Numbered from the stretch's first letter, positions 36,573 through 45,171 are shown. The stretch is 51,341 bases of DNA from Clostridia bacterium (GCA_045602065.1 JAZSAX010000094.1:1-51341), one strand, 5' to 3'. The notes: generated by a model not told the origin, from the sequence alone. Made by a program: numbers and translations.

Positions 36573-37643
36573 ATGGAAATGAATGGGGAAAGAATCGTAA
36601 AAAGAGGTAAGAAAACAGCACAATGGATAATTTGGGGATATGTAATTTGTGTTTTAGCAATAATAGGTGCAGGATTTTGGATAAACTATAGAGTCGAAAA
36701 TGAAACACCTGAACCAATAGACTTTACAACAGATGGAGCTGTTGGAATGGCAACAGAGCAATATGCATATTTTGATGTACAAGGTTTATCTGATGAAGTT
36801 GCAATATATGGTGATATAGAAAATGAATATAGTTCTGAAAATGATAGATATTATATTGCATTTAATGAAGGATATATGTATGTATTAGACTTAGATTTTG
36901 ATACAATAGATTTATTAAAACCATGGCAAGACTATACATTTTCTACTGAAGAAAATCCTGTTGAGCCAGAACCGGTAACAGTTTATGGAATGACAGAATC
37001 AATATCAAGTGAATTAAAAACAATGATTTTAGACTATTATAATGAAGGGATAAGTGAAGAATATCAAATAAGTGAAGAACAGTTTGAGCTTTATTTTGGA
37101 AGTGTGTTATTAAATGTAAGAAGAGAGCCAGTTGACACAAGTTGGCAAGTATTAATAATAGTTACTGCAATATGTGTAATGGTTATAATAGCTATAATTC
37201 ACATTGCTATGGCAATAGAAAAAAATAGAGTAAAAAAATATTTGAAGAAAAATGAATATGAAGAAGATTTAGCACGTCAATTAGATGATTTTGTTGAGGA
37301 AAAACATTACAAAGATAGAGTAATATTAACAAGAGACTTTTTTGTGGATATAAAATATGGGGCACTTGTTGCATTTAAATATTCAGATGTTAAATGGGTA
37401 CATATTCATAATGTAAAAACTTATGGAATAACTGCGTCTTCTAGTTTAATAGTATATTTGAAAGATGGAAAAACAAAAGTAGGATGTGTAGAAATAAAAG
37501 GTGCACCAACAGAAGAATTTATAGGAATCCTAAATAAAATTTGTGAAAAAGCACCAACTGATTGTTTAAAAGGGTATACACCTGAAAATAAAAAAGCATT
37601 TAAACAATATAAAAAAGAATTGAAAAATAATAGGGAGCAATAA
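36573..37643 (+). CDS. Hypothetical two-TM membrane protein (acidic extracytoplasmic domain, C-terminal cytoplasmic domain)
   Basis: RBS AAAGGAG is present. TM segments lie at about aa 17-38 and 193-214. I recognise no family. Confidence 0.65.
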   Translation: MEMNGERIVKRGKKTAQWIIWGYVICVLAIIGAGFWINYRVENETPEPIDFTTDGAVGMATEQYAYFDVQGLSDEVAIYGDIENEYSSENDRYYIAFNEGYMYVLDLDFDTIDLLKPWQDYTFSTEENPVEPEPVTVYGMTESISSELKTMILDYYNEGISEEYQISEEQFELYFGSVLLNVRREPVDTSWQVLIIVTAICVMVIIAIIHIAMAIEKNRVKKYLKKNEYEEDLARQLDDFVEEKHYKDRVILTRDFFVDIKYGALVAFKYSDVKWVHIHNVKTYGITASSSLIVYLKDGKTKVGCVEIKGAPTEEFIGILNKICEKAPTDCLKGYTPENKKAFKQYKKELKNNREQ

Positions 37644-37644
37644 A

Positions 37645-38229
37645 ATGAGTAAAACGAAGAAAAGCGGTCCGGCAATATTTATGTATTGTGTAATTGGTAT
37701 CACACTTATTGCATCAATAATTTGTTTTTATTTATATTATGGGAATACATATAGAACTGAAATGATTTTATGGATAGGAATAATAGCATTTACAATAATG
37801 TATCATTTTTGGGTAAGAATTATTATGGGAAATGTTTCTAAACTATTTAAGAAACATATAAATTATAAGCAATGGTGGTTTAAAGAAAAAAGTTTTGAAA
37901 AAGGTTTATATAAATTATTACATGTAAAAGAGTGGAAGGGGAAAGCTTTAACATATAACCCAGAATCATTTTCTTTAAAAGAGCACACACTACAAGAAAT
38001 TGCAAATACTATGGTAAAATCAGAAATTGACCACTGGATAAATGAAATAATTTCACTATCAACATTATTATTTATAATTCCATGGGGAAAAGCATGGGCA
38101 TTTGGAATATCTGCAATTGCTGCTATGATTTTTGATAGTCAGTTTATTATTATTCAAAGATATAATAGACCAAGAATATTAAATGTTTTAGAAAAGCAAG
38201 AAATGCATAAAATAAAAAGCACTATTTGA
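37645..38229 (+). CDS. CrtO-like glycosyl-4,4'-diaponeurosporenoate acyltransferase family membrane protein
   Basis: KSEIDHWINEI and IIIQRYNRPRI parallel S. aureus CrtO (RAELIHWISIL; IIVQRYNRPRL) as I recall it. The start overlaps the upstream stop. The TGA stop lies in the loop of the terminator AAAAGCACTATT-TGAA-AATAGTGCTTTT. Confidence 0.65.
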   Translation: MSKTKKSGPAIFMYCVIGITLIASIICFYLYYGNTYRTEMILWIGIIAFTIMYHFWVRIIMGNVSKLFKKHINYKQWWFKEKSFEKGLYKLLHVKEWKGKALTYNPESFSLKEHTLQEIANTMVKSEIDHWINEIISLSTLLFIIPWGKAWAFGISAIAAMIFDSQFIIIQRYNRPRILNVLEKQEMHKIKSTI

Positions 38230-38248
38230 AAATAGTGCTTTTTTAATA

Positions 38249-38650
38249 TTATCTCTTTGAGAATTGTGGTGCTTTTCTAGCTTTTTTCATACCGTATTTT
38301 TTTCTTTCTTTCATACGAGGATCTCTTGTTAAGAATCCATTTGATTTTAAAGCAGGTCTGTATTCTGAGTTAGCTTCATTTAAAGCTCTAGCAATACCAT
38401 GTCTAATAGCTCCAGCTTGACCAGAAATTCCTCCACCATAAACTGAACAAATTACATCATATTTTGTTAATGTATTTGTAACTGTTAATGGTTGTCTAAC
38501 AATAACTTTTAAAGTTTCTAAATCGAAAACTTCTTCAATATCTTTTCCGTTAATTGTTATTTTTCCTGTTCCTTCAACTAATCTTACTCTAGCTACTGAA
38601 CTTTTTCTTCTACCTGTACCCATATATACGATTTTATTTGACTTAGCCAT
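38249..38650 (-). CDS. rpsI: 30S ribosomal protein S9
   Basis: [14 protein letters not shown]...[19 protein letters not shown]...[17 protein letters not shown]. Confidence 0.96.
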   Translation of the reverse strand: MAKSNKIVYMGTGRRKSSVARVRLVEGTGKITINGKDIEEVFDLETLKVIVRQPLTVTNTLTKYDVICSVYGGGISGQAGAIRHGIARALNEANSEYRPALKSNGFLTRDPRMKERKKYGMKKARKAPQFSKR

Positions 38651-38668
38651 TATATTAGTTCCTCCTTA

Positions 38669-39103
38669 TTAATAATTCCAGATTTCTGGTTTTTGTGCTT
38701 GAAGATTGTGTTCGCTTCCAGCGAATACTCTTAATTTTGTTGCCATTTTTCTTCCTAAAGAAGTATGAGGTAACATTCCTTTTACAGCTAATGTCATAGC
38801 TTTTTCAGGATTTTTTTCAAGCATTACAGCTGCTGGAGTTTCTTTCATTCCTCCAATGTAACCTGAATGATGTCTGTACATCTTTGAATTAATTTTATTT
38901 CCTGTTAATATAACATCTTTACAATTGATAATTATAACATTATCTCCTGTATCAACATTTGGTGTGAAAGTTGGTTTGTGTTTTCCTCTTAATAATCTAG
39001 CAGCTTCTGTAGCAACTCTACCTAATGGTTTGTTTGCTGCATCAATTATTAACCATTTTCTTTCAACTGTTTCTTTTTTTGCACTATATGTAACGTTATT
39101 CAT
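38669..39103 (-). CDS. rplM: 50S ribosomal protein L13
   Basis: [41 protein letters not shown]...GMLP. Confidence 0.96.
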   Translation of the reverse strand: MNNVTYSAKKETVERKWLIIDAANKPLGRVATEAARLLRGKHKPTFTPNVDTGDNVIIINCKDVILTGNKINSKMYRHHSGYIGGMKETPAAVMLEKNPEKAMTLAVKGMLPHTSLGRKMATKLRVFAGSEHNLQAQKPEIWNY

Positions 39104-39294
39104 GGTAATATATACCCTCCTATTTTTTATTTTTTCTAAATTCTAATAAATTGGTGTCTAAGGTTCAATTTATATAGAAATTTATTTGATATATATGAAA
39201 TTTAAATCTAAAACTACCGGGGAGAAGTTTCATATTTAAATCATATTTCATAATAATACCCCATAATTTTAATACAAAAATAGAGATTTGTCAA
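39104..39294 (-). promoter_or_regulatory. rplM promoter and about 155-nt leader (possible L13-type ribosomal protein leader)
   Basis: On the minus strand: TTGACA (39294-39289), a 17-nt spacer, TAAAAT (39271-39266). The leader contains GGGG...CCCC and ATGAAATATGA/TCATATTTCAT-type pairings. The leader class is not verified. Confidence 0.35.
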
Positions 39295-39343
39295 TAAATT
39301 TAATGAAAGTTCTTGATAAATTTTACATTTTTGATATATAATG

Positions 39344-39444
39344 GATTCAAATCTTTATATATTATTATTCCGTGGTCAAAACATATCACGGGTCTTCGAG
39401 TAGGTCTTGACCTTACTTCATAATAATATACAAAGATTTGAATC
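39344..39444 (+). ncRNA. Unclassified structured element: 25-bp closing stem around a 51-nt core with internal pairings, immediately downstream of a promoter
   Basis: Promoter: TTGATA (39313-18), an 18-nt spacer, TATAAT (39337-42). Arm 1 GATTCAAATCTTTATATATTATTAT (39344-68) pairs with arm 2 ATAATAATATACAAAGATTTGAATC (39420-44) at 24/25 positions. The core contains CCGTG...CACGG, and GGTCAA is complementary to TTGACC. Confidence 0.4.
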
Positions 39445-39498
39445 TAAAATATATACTAAAAAAAGTTATTTATCATAGAATTTAACATAGGAGGAATT

Positions 39499-41109
39499 AT
39501 GGCAGCGAAAAAAGAAACGTTTATGCAAGGTGTCGTAACAGTAATGTTCTCACAGATATTAATAAAAATATTAGGATTAATATATACATTATATTTAACA
39601 AATAGAGAAGGCTTTGGAGATGCTGGAAATGCGATATATGCTAGTGGATATCAAATATATGCATTATTATTAACAATATCTTCAATAGGAGTACCAAATG
39701 CAATATCAAAACTAGTATCAGAAAGATTAGCATTAGGAGATAATAGAGGTGCAAACAAAATCTTCAAAGTAGCATTAGCAACATTTGGATGTATAGGTGC
39801 TATCGGAACAATGTTATTATTTTTTGGTGCACATACAATTGCATATAACTGGATTCAAATTCCAGAAGCAGAGTTAACACTTGTAGCACTATCACCAGCA
39901 ATTTTCTTTGTATCAATATCATCAGTATTTAGAGGATATTTTAATGGAAGAAGAAGCTTGAAAACAACTGCAAGGGCACAAACGTTAGAACAAATATTTA
40001 AAACAATATTGACAATTGTAATCGTTGAAATAGTGGCAATTATAACTTCAACATCAACAGAGATGATGGCTGCAGGGGCTAATATAGCAACAACACTTGC
40101 AACATTTTCAAGTTTTGTATATTTATTTATATATTATAGAATTAGAAGAAAAGAAATTGGAAACGAAATAGAAAATTCTACAAATTACAAATATGAAAAT
40201 GTAAAAGCAATTATAATGAAAATATTAATGGTGTCAATTCCTTTAACACTAAGTTCAATAATGACATCATTTAATAAAAATATAGACTCATTTACAGTTA
40301 AAAGAATTTTAAGTACATATTTATCATCAGATGTTGCAACAAAATTATACGGCCAGTTAGCAGGAAAAGTAGATACATTGACAAATTTGCCATTAGCTAT
40401 AAATATTGCATTTGCAACAGCATTAGTACCAGCTATAGCAGCTGCAAAAGCAACAAATGATAAAGAAACAGCAACTAAAAGAACATCATTTTCATTATTA
40501 ACATCAATGTTAATAGGATTACCTTGTGTAGTAGGAATGATAATATTTGCACAACCAATATTAAATTTATTATACCCAAATGCATCACAAGGAGCGTTAC
40601 TATTACAGATGATAGCATTCTCAGTATTATTCTCAATACTTAATCAGACAATAAATGGTGCATTACAAGGCTTTGGGAAAGTAATGATTCCTGCAATAGC
40701 ATTAGGAATAGGGTGTTTAGTAAAATTGATTTTAAATTTAGTATTATTACCAATACCAGAATTAAATGTTTATGGAGCTGCAATAGGATCAATATCATGT
40801 CATGCTGTTGCATTTATAATTGTATTTTGTGTATTAAAGAAATATGTTAAATTAGATTTGCCATTTAAAAAGTTTGTATTAAAACCAGTTTTAGCAACAG
40901 GAATAATGGGAGTTTGTTCTTATACAATATTTACTTTGTTAAATGGAATAAATTTTGGTAATAAGGCAACAATAATTTCAATTATCTTAGCTGTAATAAT
41001 ATATTTAGCATCTGTTGTGGCATTAAAAATTTACAATAAAGAGGACATATATATGTTACCAAAAGGTGAAAAAATATATAAAATTTTAGAAAAATTAAAA
41101 ATATATTAA
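39499..41109 (+). CDS. MOP-superfamily flippase (SpoVB / MurJ-like polysaccharide biosynthesis protein)
   Basis: This is a 536-aa polytopic membrane protein. The N-terminus FMQGVVTVMFSQILIKILGLIYTLYLTN...G.A.Y..GYQIY is typical of the SpoVB/MurJ family. Assigning it to spoVB or murJ would be inference. Confidence 0.75.
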   Translation: MAAKKETFMQGVVTVMFSQILIKILGLIYTLYLTNREGFGDAGNAIYASGYQIYALLLTISSIGVPNAISKLVSERLALGDNRGANKIFKVALATFGCIGAIGTMLLFFGAHTIAYNWIQIPEAELTLVALSPAIFFVSISSVFRGYFNGRRSLKTTARAQTLEQIFKTILTIVIVEIVAIITSTSTEMMAAGANIATTLATFSSFVYLFIYYRIRRKEIGNEIENSTNYKYENVKAIIMKILMVSIPLTLSSIMTSFNKNIDSFTVKRILSTYLSSDVATKLYGQLAGKVDTLTNLPLAINIAFATALVPAIAAAKATNDKETATKRTSFSLLTSMLIGLPCVVGMIIFAQPILNLLYPNASQGALLLQMIAFSVLFSILNQTINGALQGFGKVMIPAIALGIGCLVKLILNLVLLPIPELNVYGAAIGSISCHAVAFIIVFCVLKKYVKLDLPFKKFVLKPVLATGIMGVCSYTIFTLLNGINFGNKATIISIILAVIIYLASVVALKIYNKEDIYMLPKGEKIYKILEKLKIY

Positions 41110-41231
41110 AATTTTCAAAAAAAAGAGGGGAATTTAATTTATTTTGGAGAATAAGATAAAATAGAAGTACAAATATTGCTACAAACTGCAATATAAGTAC
41201 ATATACAAAAATTTATAGGAGGTAATGTATA

Positions 41232-41507
41232 ATGAACAAAGCTGAATTAGTAGCAGCTATCGCTGCAAAAACAGGTGATTCAAAAAAAGCAACAGAAGCA
41301 TTAGTTAATGCATTCACAGGAGTTGTAGCAGAAGCATTAGCAGGAGGAGACAAAGTTCAATTAGTTGGATTTGGTTCTTTCGAAGTTAGAAAAAGAGCTG
41401 CTAGAAAAGGTAGAAATCCTCAAACAAAAGAAGAAATCAAAATACCTGCATCTAAAGCTCCAGTATTCAAAGCTGGTAAAGCATTAAAAGATTTAGTAAA
41501 CGGATAA
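41232..41507 (+). CDS. hup: DNA-binding protein HU
   Basis: [18 protein letters not shown].....V.AF......[46 protein letters not shown]. Confidence 0.96.
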   Translation: MNKAELVAAIAAKTGDSKKATEALVNAFTGVVAEALAGGDKVQLVGFGSFEVRKRAARKGRNPQTKEEIKIPASKAPVFKAGKALKDLVNG

Positions 41508-41533
41508 TTATAAAAAATATATAAATATATGAT

Positions 41534-41563
41534 AGAGCTAGAGCAATCTAGCTCTTTTTTTTG
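41534..41563 (+). terminator. hup terminator; 25/26 identical to the terminator at 44927-44952
   Basis: AGAGCTAGA-GCAA-TCTAGCTCT plus T8. Confidence 0.8.
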
Positions 41564-41579
41564 TCGGAAAACAATATAA

Positions 41580-41619
41580 AAGTAATTAAAATGTAATATA
41601 AATGTAACTGAATTGTAAT
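41580..41619 (+). promoter_or_regulatory. Four direct heptamers (AAGTAAT, ATGTAAT, ATGTAAC, TTGTAAT) with exact 11-bp phasing, abutting an extended -10
   Basis: Repeat starts are at 41580, 41591, 41602 and 41613. The last repeat ends 10 nt upstream of the TATTAT hexamer (41630-35) within TGgTATTAT (41627-35). No separate -35 is present. Confidence 0.65.
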
Positions 41620-41684
41620 GAAAAAATGGTATTATTTATATATAAAAAGAATTATAAAAAGAATTATAAAAAGGGAGATTAACT

Positions 41685-44600
41685 ATGAAAAAGTTTTTGA
41701 AAAAACAAATTGTAATAATAGCATTAATAATGTTTTTTATTTTGCCGATAATTACTATCGCAAATAGTGAAACATATTTAGAATTAGTGCCTAAAAAATC
41801 AGCTTCATATGAACAATGGGAGAAATTAGACAAAGAGGAAAAAAACACAATAATTCCACCAACATATATTGATATAAATTTTAAAGATAGCATAAAAAGA
41901 TCAAAATATAATCAATATATACTAAAAAGTGAAGAGGAAGGAACTTCTTCATACAATTTAAAAACGGAATTGGCTAAAAGTAATATAGGTATATATGTAA
42001 AAAATCAACAACAAACAGGATCTTGTTGGGCATTCTCGTTTTCAAATATGATAGAGACAACAATTGCAAATAAATTTAAAAGAACAGTAAAAGAATATTC
42101 TCCAATGCATATAGATTATATGGCAGGGGCGTTATATAATAGAATAGTAGGTGATGGAGGAAACTATTTAATGGCATTAGCTTACGGGACATCTGGTTTG
42201 GGACCTGTATATGAAGAGGATTTTTCTTTTGAGAGTGTTTATGATGAAGTCGAAAATAGTTCACAACCATATTTCTTAACTAATATTAGTAATGTGCAAT
42301 TAGATAAAGAAGCAAAAGCTAGAATAAAAGATGCAACTATATTTGCGCCAATATATAAAAGTTATTCAACAAATTCTATAACATATAAAGATAGTAGTGC
42401 GTGGATAGGATATAATGAATATGAACCAGAAGAAGTTCAAGCGCTAAGACTACTGGTAAAAGAACATATAAAAGAAAACGGAGCAATTACAGCTATGATG
42501 TATACAAATAGTGGCAATATAACAAGTATGTACAATAGTACTACAAAAGCATTTTTTAATAATAGTAGTTTTTCTAATCCGGATCATGCTGTAACAATAG
42601 TAGGATGGGATGATACTTTCCCAAAAGAGAATTTTTTGGAAGGCAAAAGACCTATAAATGATGGTGCATATATAGTACTAAATTCTTGGGGAGAAGAATT
42701 TGGAGATTCAGGGTATTTCTATATATCTTATGATGATGCTGTTATAGAGCAAGATTTATGTGGAATTGTTGATATATCTGAAAAAGAAGATGAAGAAGAC
42801 TCTTATGACAATATATACGCATATGATGAATTGGGTGCAAATTACTCGGTGTATGTAATAAATGATGAGGGAACCCAATATTTAGATAGCGGATATGCTG
42901 CAAGTGTTTTTTCAAGAGAATCTAAACAATCAACTGAATATTTATCAGAAATTGGAATATTCTTATTTAGTGCACATGGAATAGAAATATACGTAAATCC
43001 TAATGATGGTAAATTAGAAGATTGTGAATTGGTTGCTACATTTACAGCTACACAAGCATTAGAAGGTGGATACCATTCATTAAAATTATCATCTCCGATA
43101 CAATTAACTGGTGACAATTTTGCAATTAAAATAAAATATATAAACTCAACAAGAACAGAAATACCGCTAGAATATAATGGTTATGCTAGTGGTTCGGCTG
43201 AGGAGGATGATCCTTATGCTACAGCAACAGCATCTCCAAATGAAAGTTTCATTTCTTTTAATGGCACAGTATGGTCTGACTTAGATGACTATAGTAAAAC
43301 GTATTATGCGGGAACTAGTGACGAGACAACTATTGTATTAAAAGATACAAGTGCATGTATCAAAGCCTTTACAACATTAAGTGAAGGAACAACAACGGTG
43401 CCAGTAACAGGAGTAACATTAGATAAAGAAACAGTAACAATAAAAGAAGAAGAAACAGAAACATTAGTAGCAACAGTAACGCCAGAAAATGCAACAAATC
43501 AAAATATAACATGGTCAAGTAATAATCAAAGTGTAGCAACAGTAGCAAATGGAGTAGTAACAGGAGTATCAGAAGGAACAGCAACAATAACAGTAACAAC
43601 ACAAGATGGAAACTTTACAGATACATGTGTTGTAACAGTAGAAGAAAAAGTTGTAACACCACCAACAGTAGCAGTAACAGGGGTGACATTAAATAAAGAA
43701 ACAGTAACAATAAAAGAAGAAGGAACAACAACATTAGTAGCAACAGTAATGCCAGAAAACGCAACAAATCAAAATGTAACATGGTCAAGTAGTGATAATA
43801 CAATAGCAACAGTAGAAAATGGCGTAGTAACAGGAGTATCAGCAGGAACAGCAACAATAACAGTAACAACACAAGATGGAAGCTTTACAGATACATGTGT
43901 TGTAACAGTAGAAGAAAAAGTTGCAACACCAACAACAGTAGCAGTAACAGGAGTAACACTAAATAAAGAAACAGTAACAATAAAAGAAGAAGAAACAACA
44001 ACACTAGTAGCAACAGTAACGCCAGAAAATGCAACAAACCAAAATGTAACATGGTCAAGTAGTGCTGAAAGTGTAGCAACAGTAGCAAATGGAGTAGTAA
44101 CAGGAGTATCAGAAGGAACAGCAACAATAACAGTAACAACACAAGATGGAAACTTTACAGATACATGTGTTGTAACAGTAGAAGAAAAAGTTGTAACACC
44201 AACAACAGTGCCAGTAACAGGAGTAACATTAGATAAAGAAACAGTAACAGTAAAAGAAGAAGAAACAGAAACATTAGTAGCAACAGTAATGCCAGAAAAT
44301 GCAACAAACAAAAATATAACATGGTCAAGTAATAATGAAAGTGTAGCAACAGTGGCAAATGGAGTAGTAACAGGATTATCAGCAGGAACAGCAACAATAA
44401 CAGTAACAACACAAGATGGAAGTTTCACAGATACATGTGTTGTGACAGTAGAAGAAGCAGTTTTATCAGTAAAAGTAACAGGAATTGAACTTGATAAAAC
44501 AGAATTAAAAATGCAAGTTAGTGAAAAAACAAATTTAGTGGCAACAATAAAGCCAACAAATGCAACAAATAAAGAGGTAGTATGGACAAGTTCAAATACA

Positions 44601-44912
44601 GATGTTGCTACAATATCAGAAAATGGTATAATAGAAGCATTAAAAACAGGGAAAACAACCATAACAGTAACAACAAAAGATGGAAATTATAAAGCAACTT
44701 GTAAAATAACTGTTTCAGAAAAAACAAACAATGATGATGATATTTATGCAGAAAAAGAACCAGGAAAAATTGAAGAAGGTAAAGATACAACAATCATTGA
44801 TGGAAATATTCCAAATGCAGGATTACAAACTCTTATGATGGTATTAATTATAGTTGCAATAATAGTATTTGTAACATATAAAAAGTATAAAACATTTGAA
44901 GATATAAAATAA
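41685..44912 (+). CDS. Secreted papain-family (C1) cysteine peptidase fused to five Big_2 repeats and a C-terminal IPNAG-TM-YKKY anchor module
   Basis: It has a signal peptide. Catalytic motifs are QQQTGSCWAFS (Cys), DHAVTIVGWDD (His) and NSWGEEFGDSGYFYISY (Asn). Five Big_2 units follow (VTGVTL.KETVT...ATNQNVTWSS...ATV.NGVVTGVS.GTATITVTT). The C-terminal 34 aa are IPNAG, a hydrophobic stretch, then YKKYKTFEDIK. Confidence 0.88.
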   Translation: MKKFLKKQIVIIALIMFFILPIITIANSETYLELVPKKSASYEQWEKLDKEEKNTIIPPTYIDINFKDSIKRSKYNQYILKSEEEGTSSYNLKTELAKSNIGIYVKNQQQTGSCWAFSFSNMIETTIANKFKRTVKEYSPMHIDYMAGALYNRIVGDGGNYLMALAYGTSGLGPVYEEDFSFESVYDEVENSSQPYFLTNISNVQLDKEAKARIKDATIFAPIYKSYSTNSITYKDSSAWIGYNEYEPEEVQALRLLVKEHIKENGAITAMMYTNSGNITSMYNSTTKAFFNNSSFSNPDHAVTIVGWDDTFPKENFLEGKRPINDGAYIVLNSWGEEFGDSGYFYISYDDAVIEQDLCGIVDISEKEDEEDSYDNIYAYDELGANYSVYVINDEGTQYLDSGYAASVFSRESKQSTEYLSEIGIFLFSAHGIEIYVNPNDGKLEDCELVATFTATQALEGGYHSLKLSSPIQLTGDNFAIKIKYINSTRTEIPLEYNGYASGSAEEDDPYATATASPNESFISFNGTVWSDLDDYSKTYYAGTSDETTIVLKDTSACIKAFTTLSEGTTTVPVTGVTLDKETVTIKEEETETLVATVTPENATNQNITWSSNNQSVATVANGVVTGVSEGTATITVTTQDGNFTDTCVVTVEEKVVTPPTVAVTGVTLNKETVTIKEEGTTTLVATVMPENATNQNVTWSSSDNTIATVENGVVTGVSAGTATITVTTQDGSFTDTCVVTVEEKVATPTTVAVTGVTLNKETVTIKEEETTTLVATVTPENATNQNVTWSSSAESVATVANGVVTGVSEGTATITVTTQDGNFTDTCVVTVEEKVVTPTTVPVTGVTLDKETVTVKEEETETLVATVMPENATNKNITWSSNNESVATVANGVVTGLSAGTATITVTTQDGSFTDTCVVTVEEAVLSVKVTGIELDKTELKMQVSEKTNLVATIKPTNATNKEVVWTSSNTDVATISENGIIEALKTGKTTITVTTKDGNYKATCKITVSEKTNNDDDIYAEKEPGKIEEGKDTTIIDGNIPNAGLQTLMMVLIIVAIIVFVTYKKYKTFEDIK
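43398..44477 (+). repeat. Four in-frame tandem 270-nt (90-aa) near-identical Big_2 repeat units; a fifth diverged unit follows to about 44720
   Basis: GTGCCAGTAACAGGAGTAACATTAGATAAAGAAACAGTAACA occurs at 43398 and again at 44208, which is 3 x 270 nt apart. The units start at 43398, 43668, 43938 and 44208. Confidence 0.9.
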
Positions 44913-44926
44913 TAAAACTAAATTAA

Positions 44927-44952
44927 GGAGCTAGAGGAATCTAGCTCTTTTT
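44927..44952 (+). terminator. Terminator of the C1/Big_2 gene, near-duplicate of the hup terminator
   Basis: GGAGCTAGA-GGAA-TCTAGCTCT plus T6. Confidence 0.8.
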
Positions 44953-45010
44953 TATTCACATAATTAATCTCCAAGAATATAATATAATAAAAATATTGGA
45001 GGAAATCATA

Positions 45011-45157
45011 ATGAAAATCTTAAAAAAGACATTTGGAGTATGCTTAGTAGGATTTGGATTGGGAATATTACTAGTGTTATTCCTGCCAGCTATTTGGTGG
45101 TTAATTTTAATAGGTATAATAGTAATATCAGTAGGAATGTTATGGTTGCTCTGCTAA
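45011..45157 (+). CDS. Small hydrophobic protein (48 aa, two predicted TM segments), below the ORF-track cutoff
   Basis: MKILKKTFGVCLVGFGLGILLVLFLPAIWWLILIGIIVISVGMLWLLC. RBS TGGAGGAAA lies 7 nt upstream of ATG 45011. Confidence 0.5.
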   Translation: MKILKKTFGVCLVGFGLGILLVLFLPAIWWLILIGIIVISVGMLWLLC

Positions 45158-45171
45158 AAGGAGGTCTACAT

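Noticed and set aside
39366-39410. GGTCAAA / GGTC motifs as a CtsR operator.
   Set aside because: The spacing and the second heptad do not fit the A/GGTCAAA-N3-A/GGTCAAA direct repeat. The element is not upstream of a class III heat-shock gene.
43398-44477. Regularly spaced repeats that could be mistaken for a CRISPR array.
   Set aside because: The period is 270 nt with no unique spacers. The units are contiguous, in frame and encode protein domains inside one long CDS. No cas genes are present.
43369-44662. A 297-aa minus-strand ORF (43769-44662) and several 77-85-aa Leu-rich minus-strand ORFs within the Big_2 repeat region.
   Set aside because: They are antisense shadows of the purine-rich, stop-poor repeat codons (GTA ACA GCA ACA ...). 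They repeat with the same 270-nt period, have no RBS, and give low-complexity poly-Leu or V/T/S products. The plus-strand frame encodes recognisable Big_2 domains.
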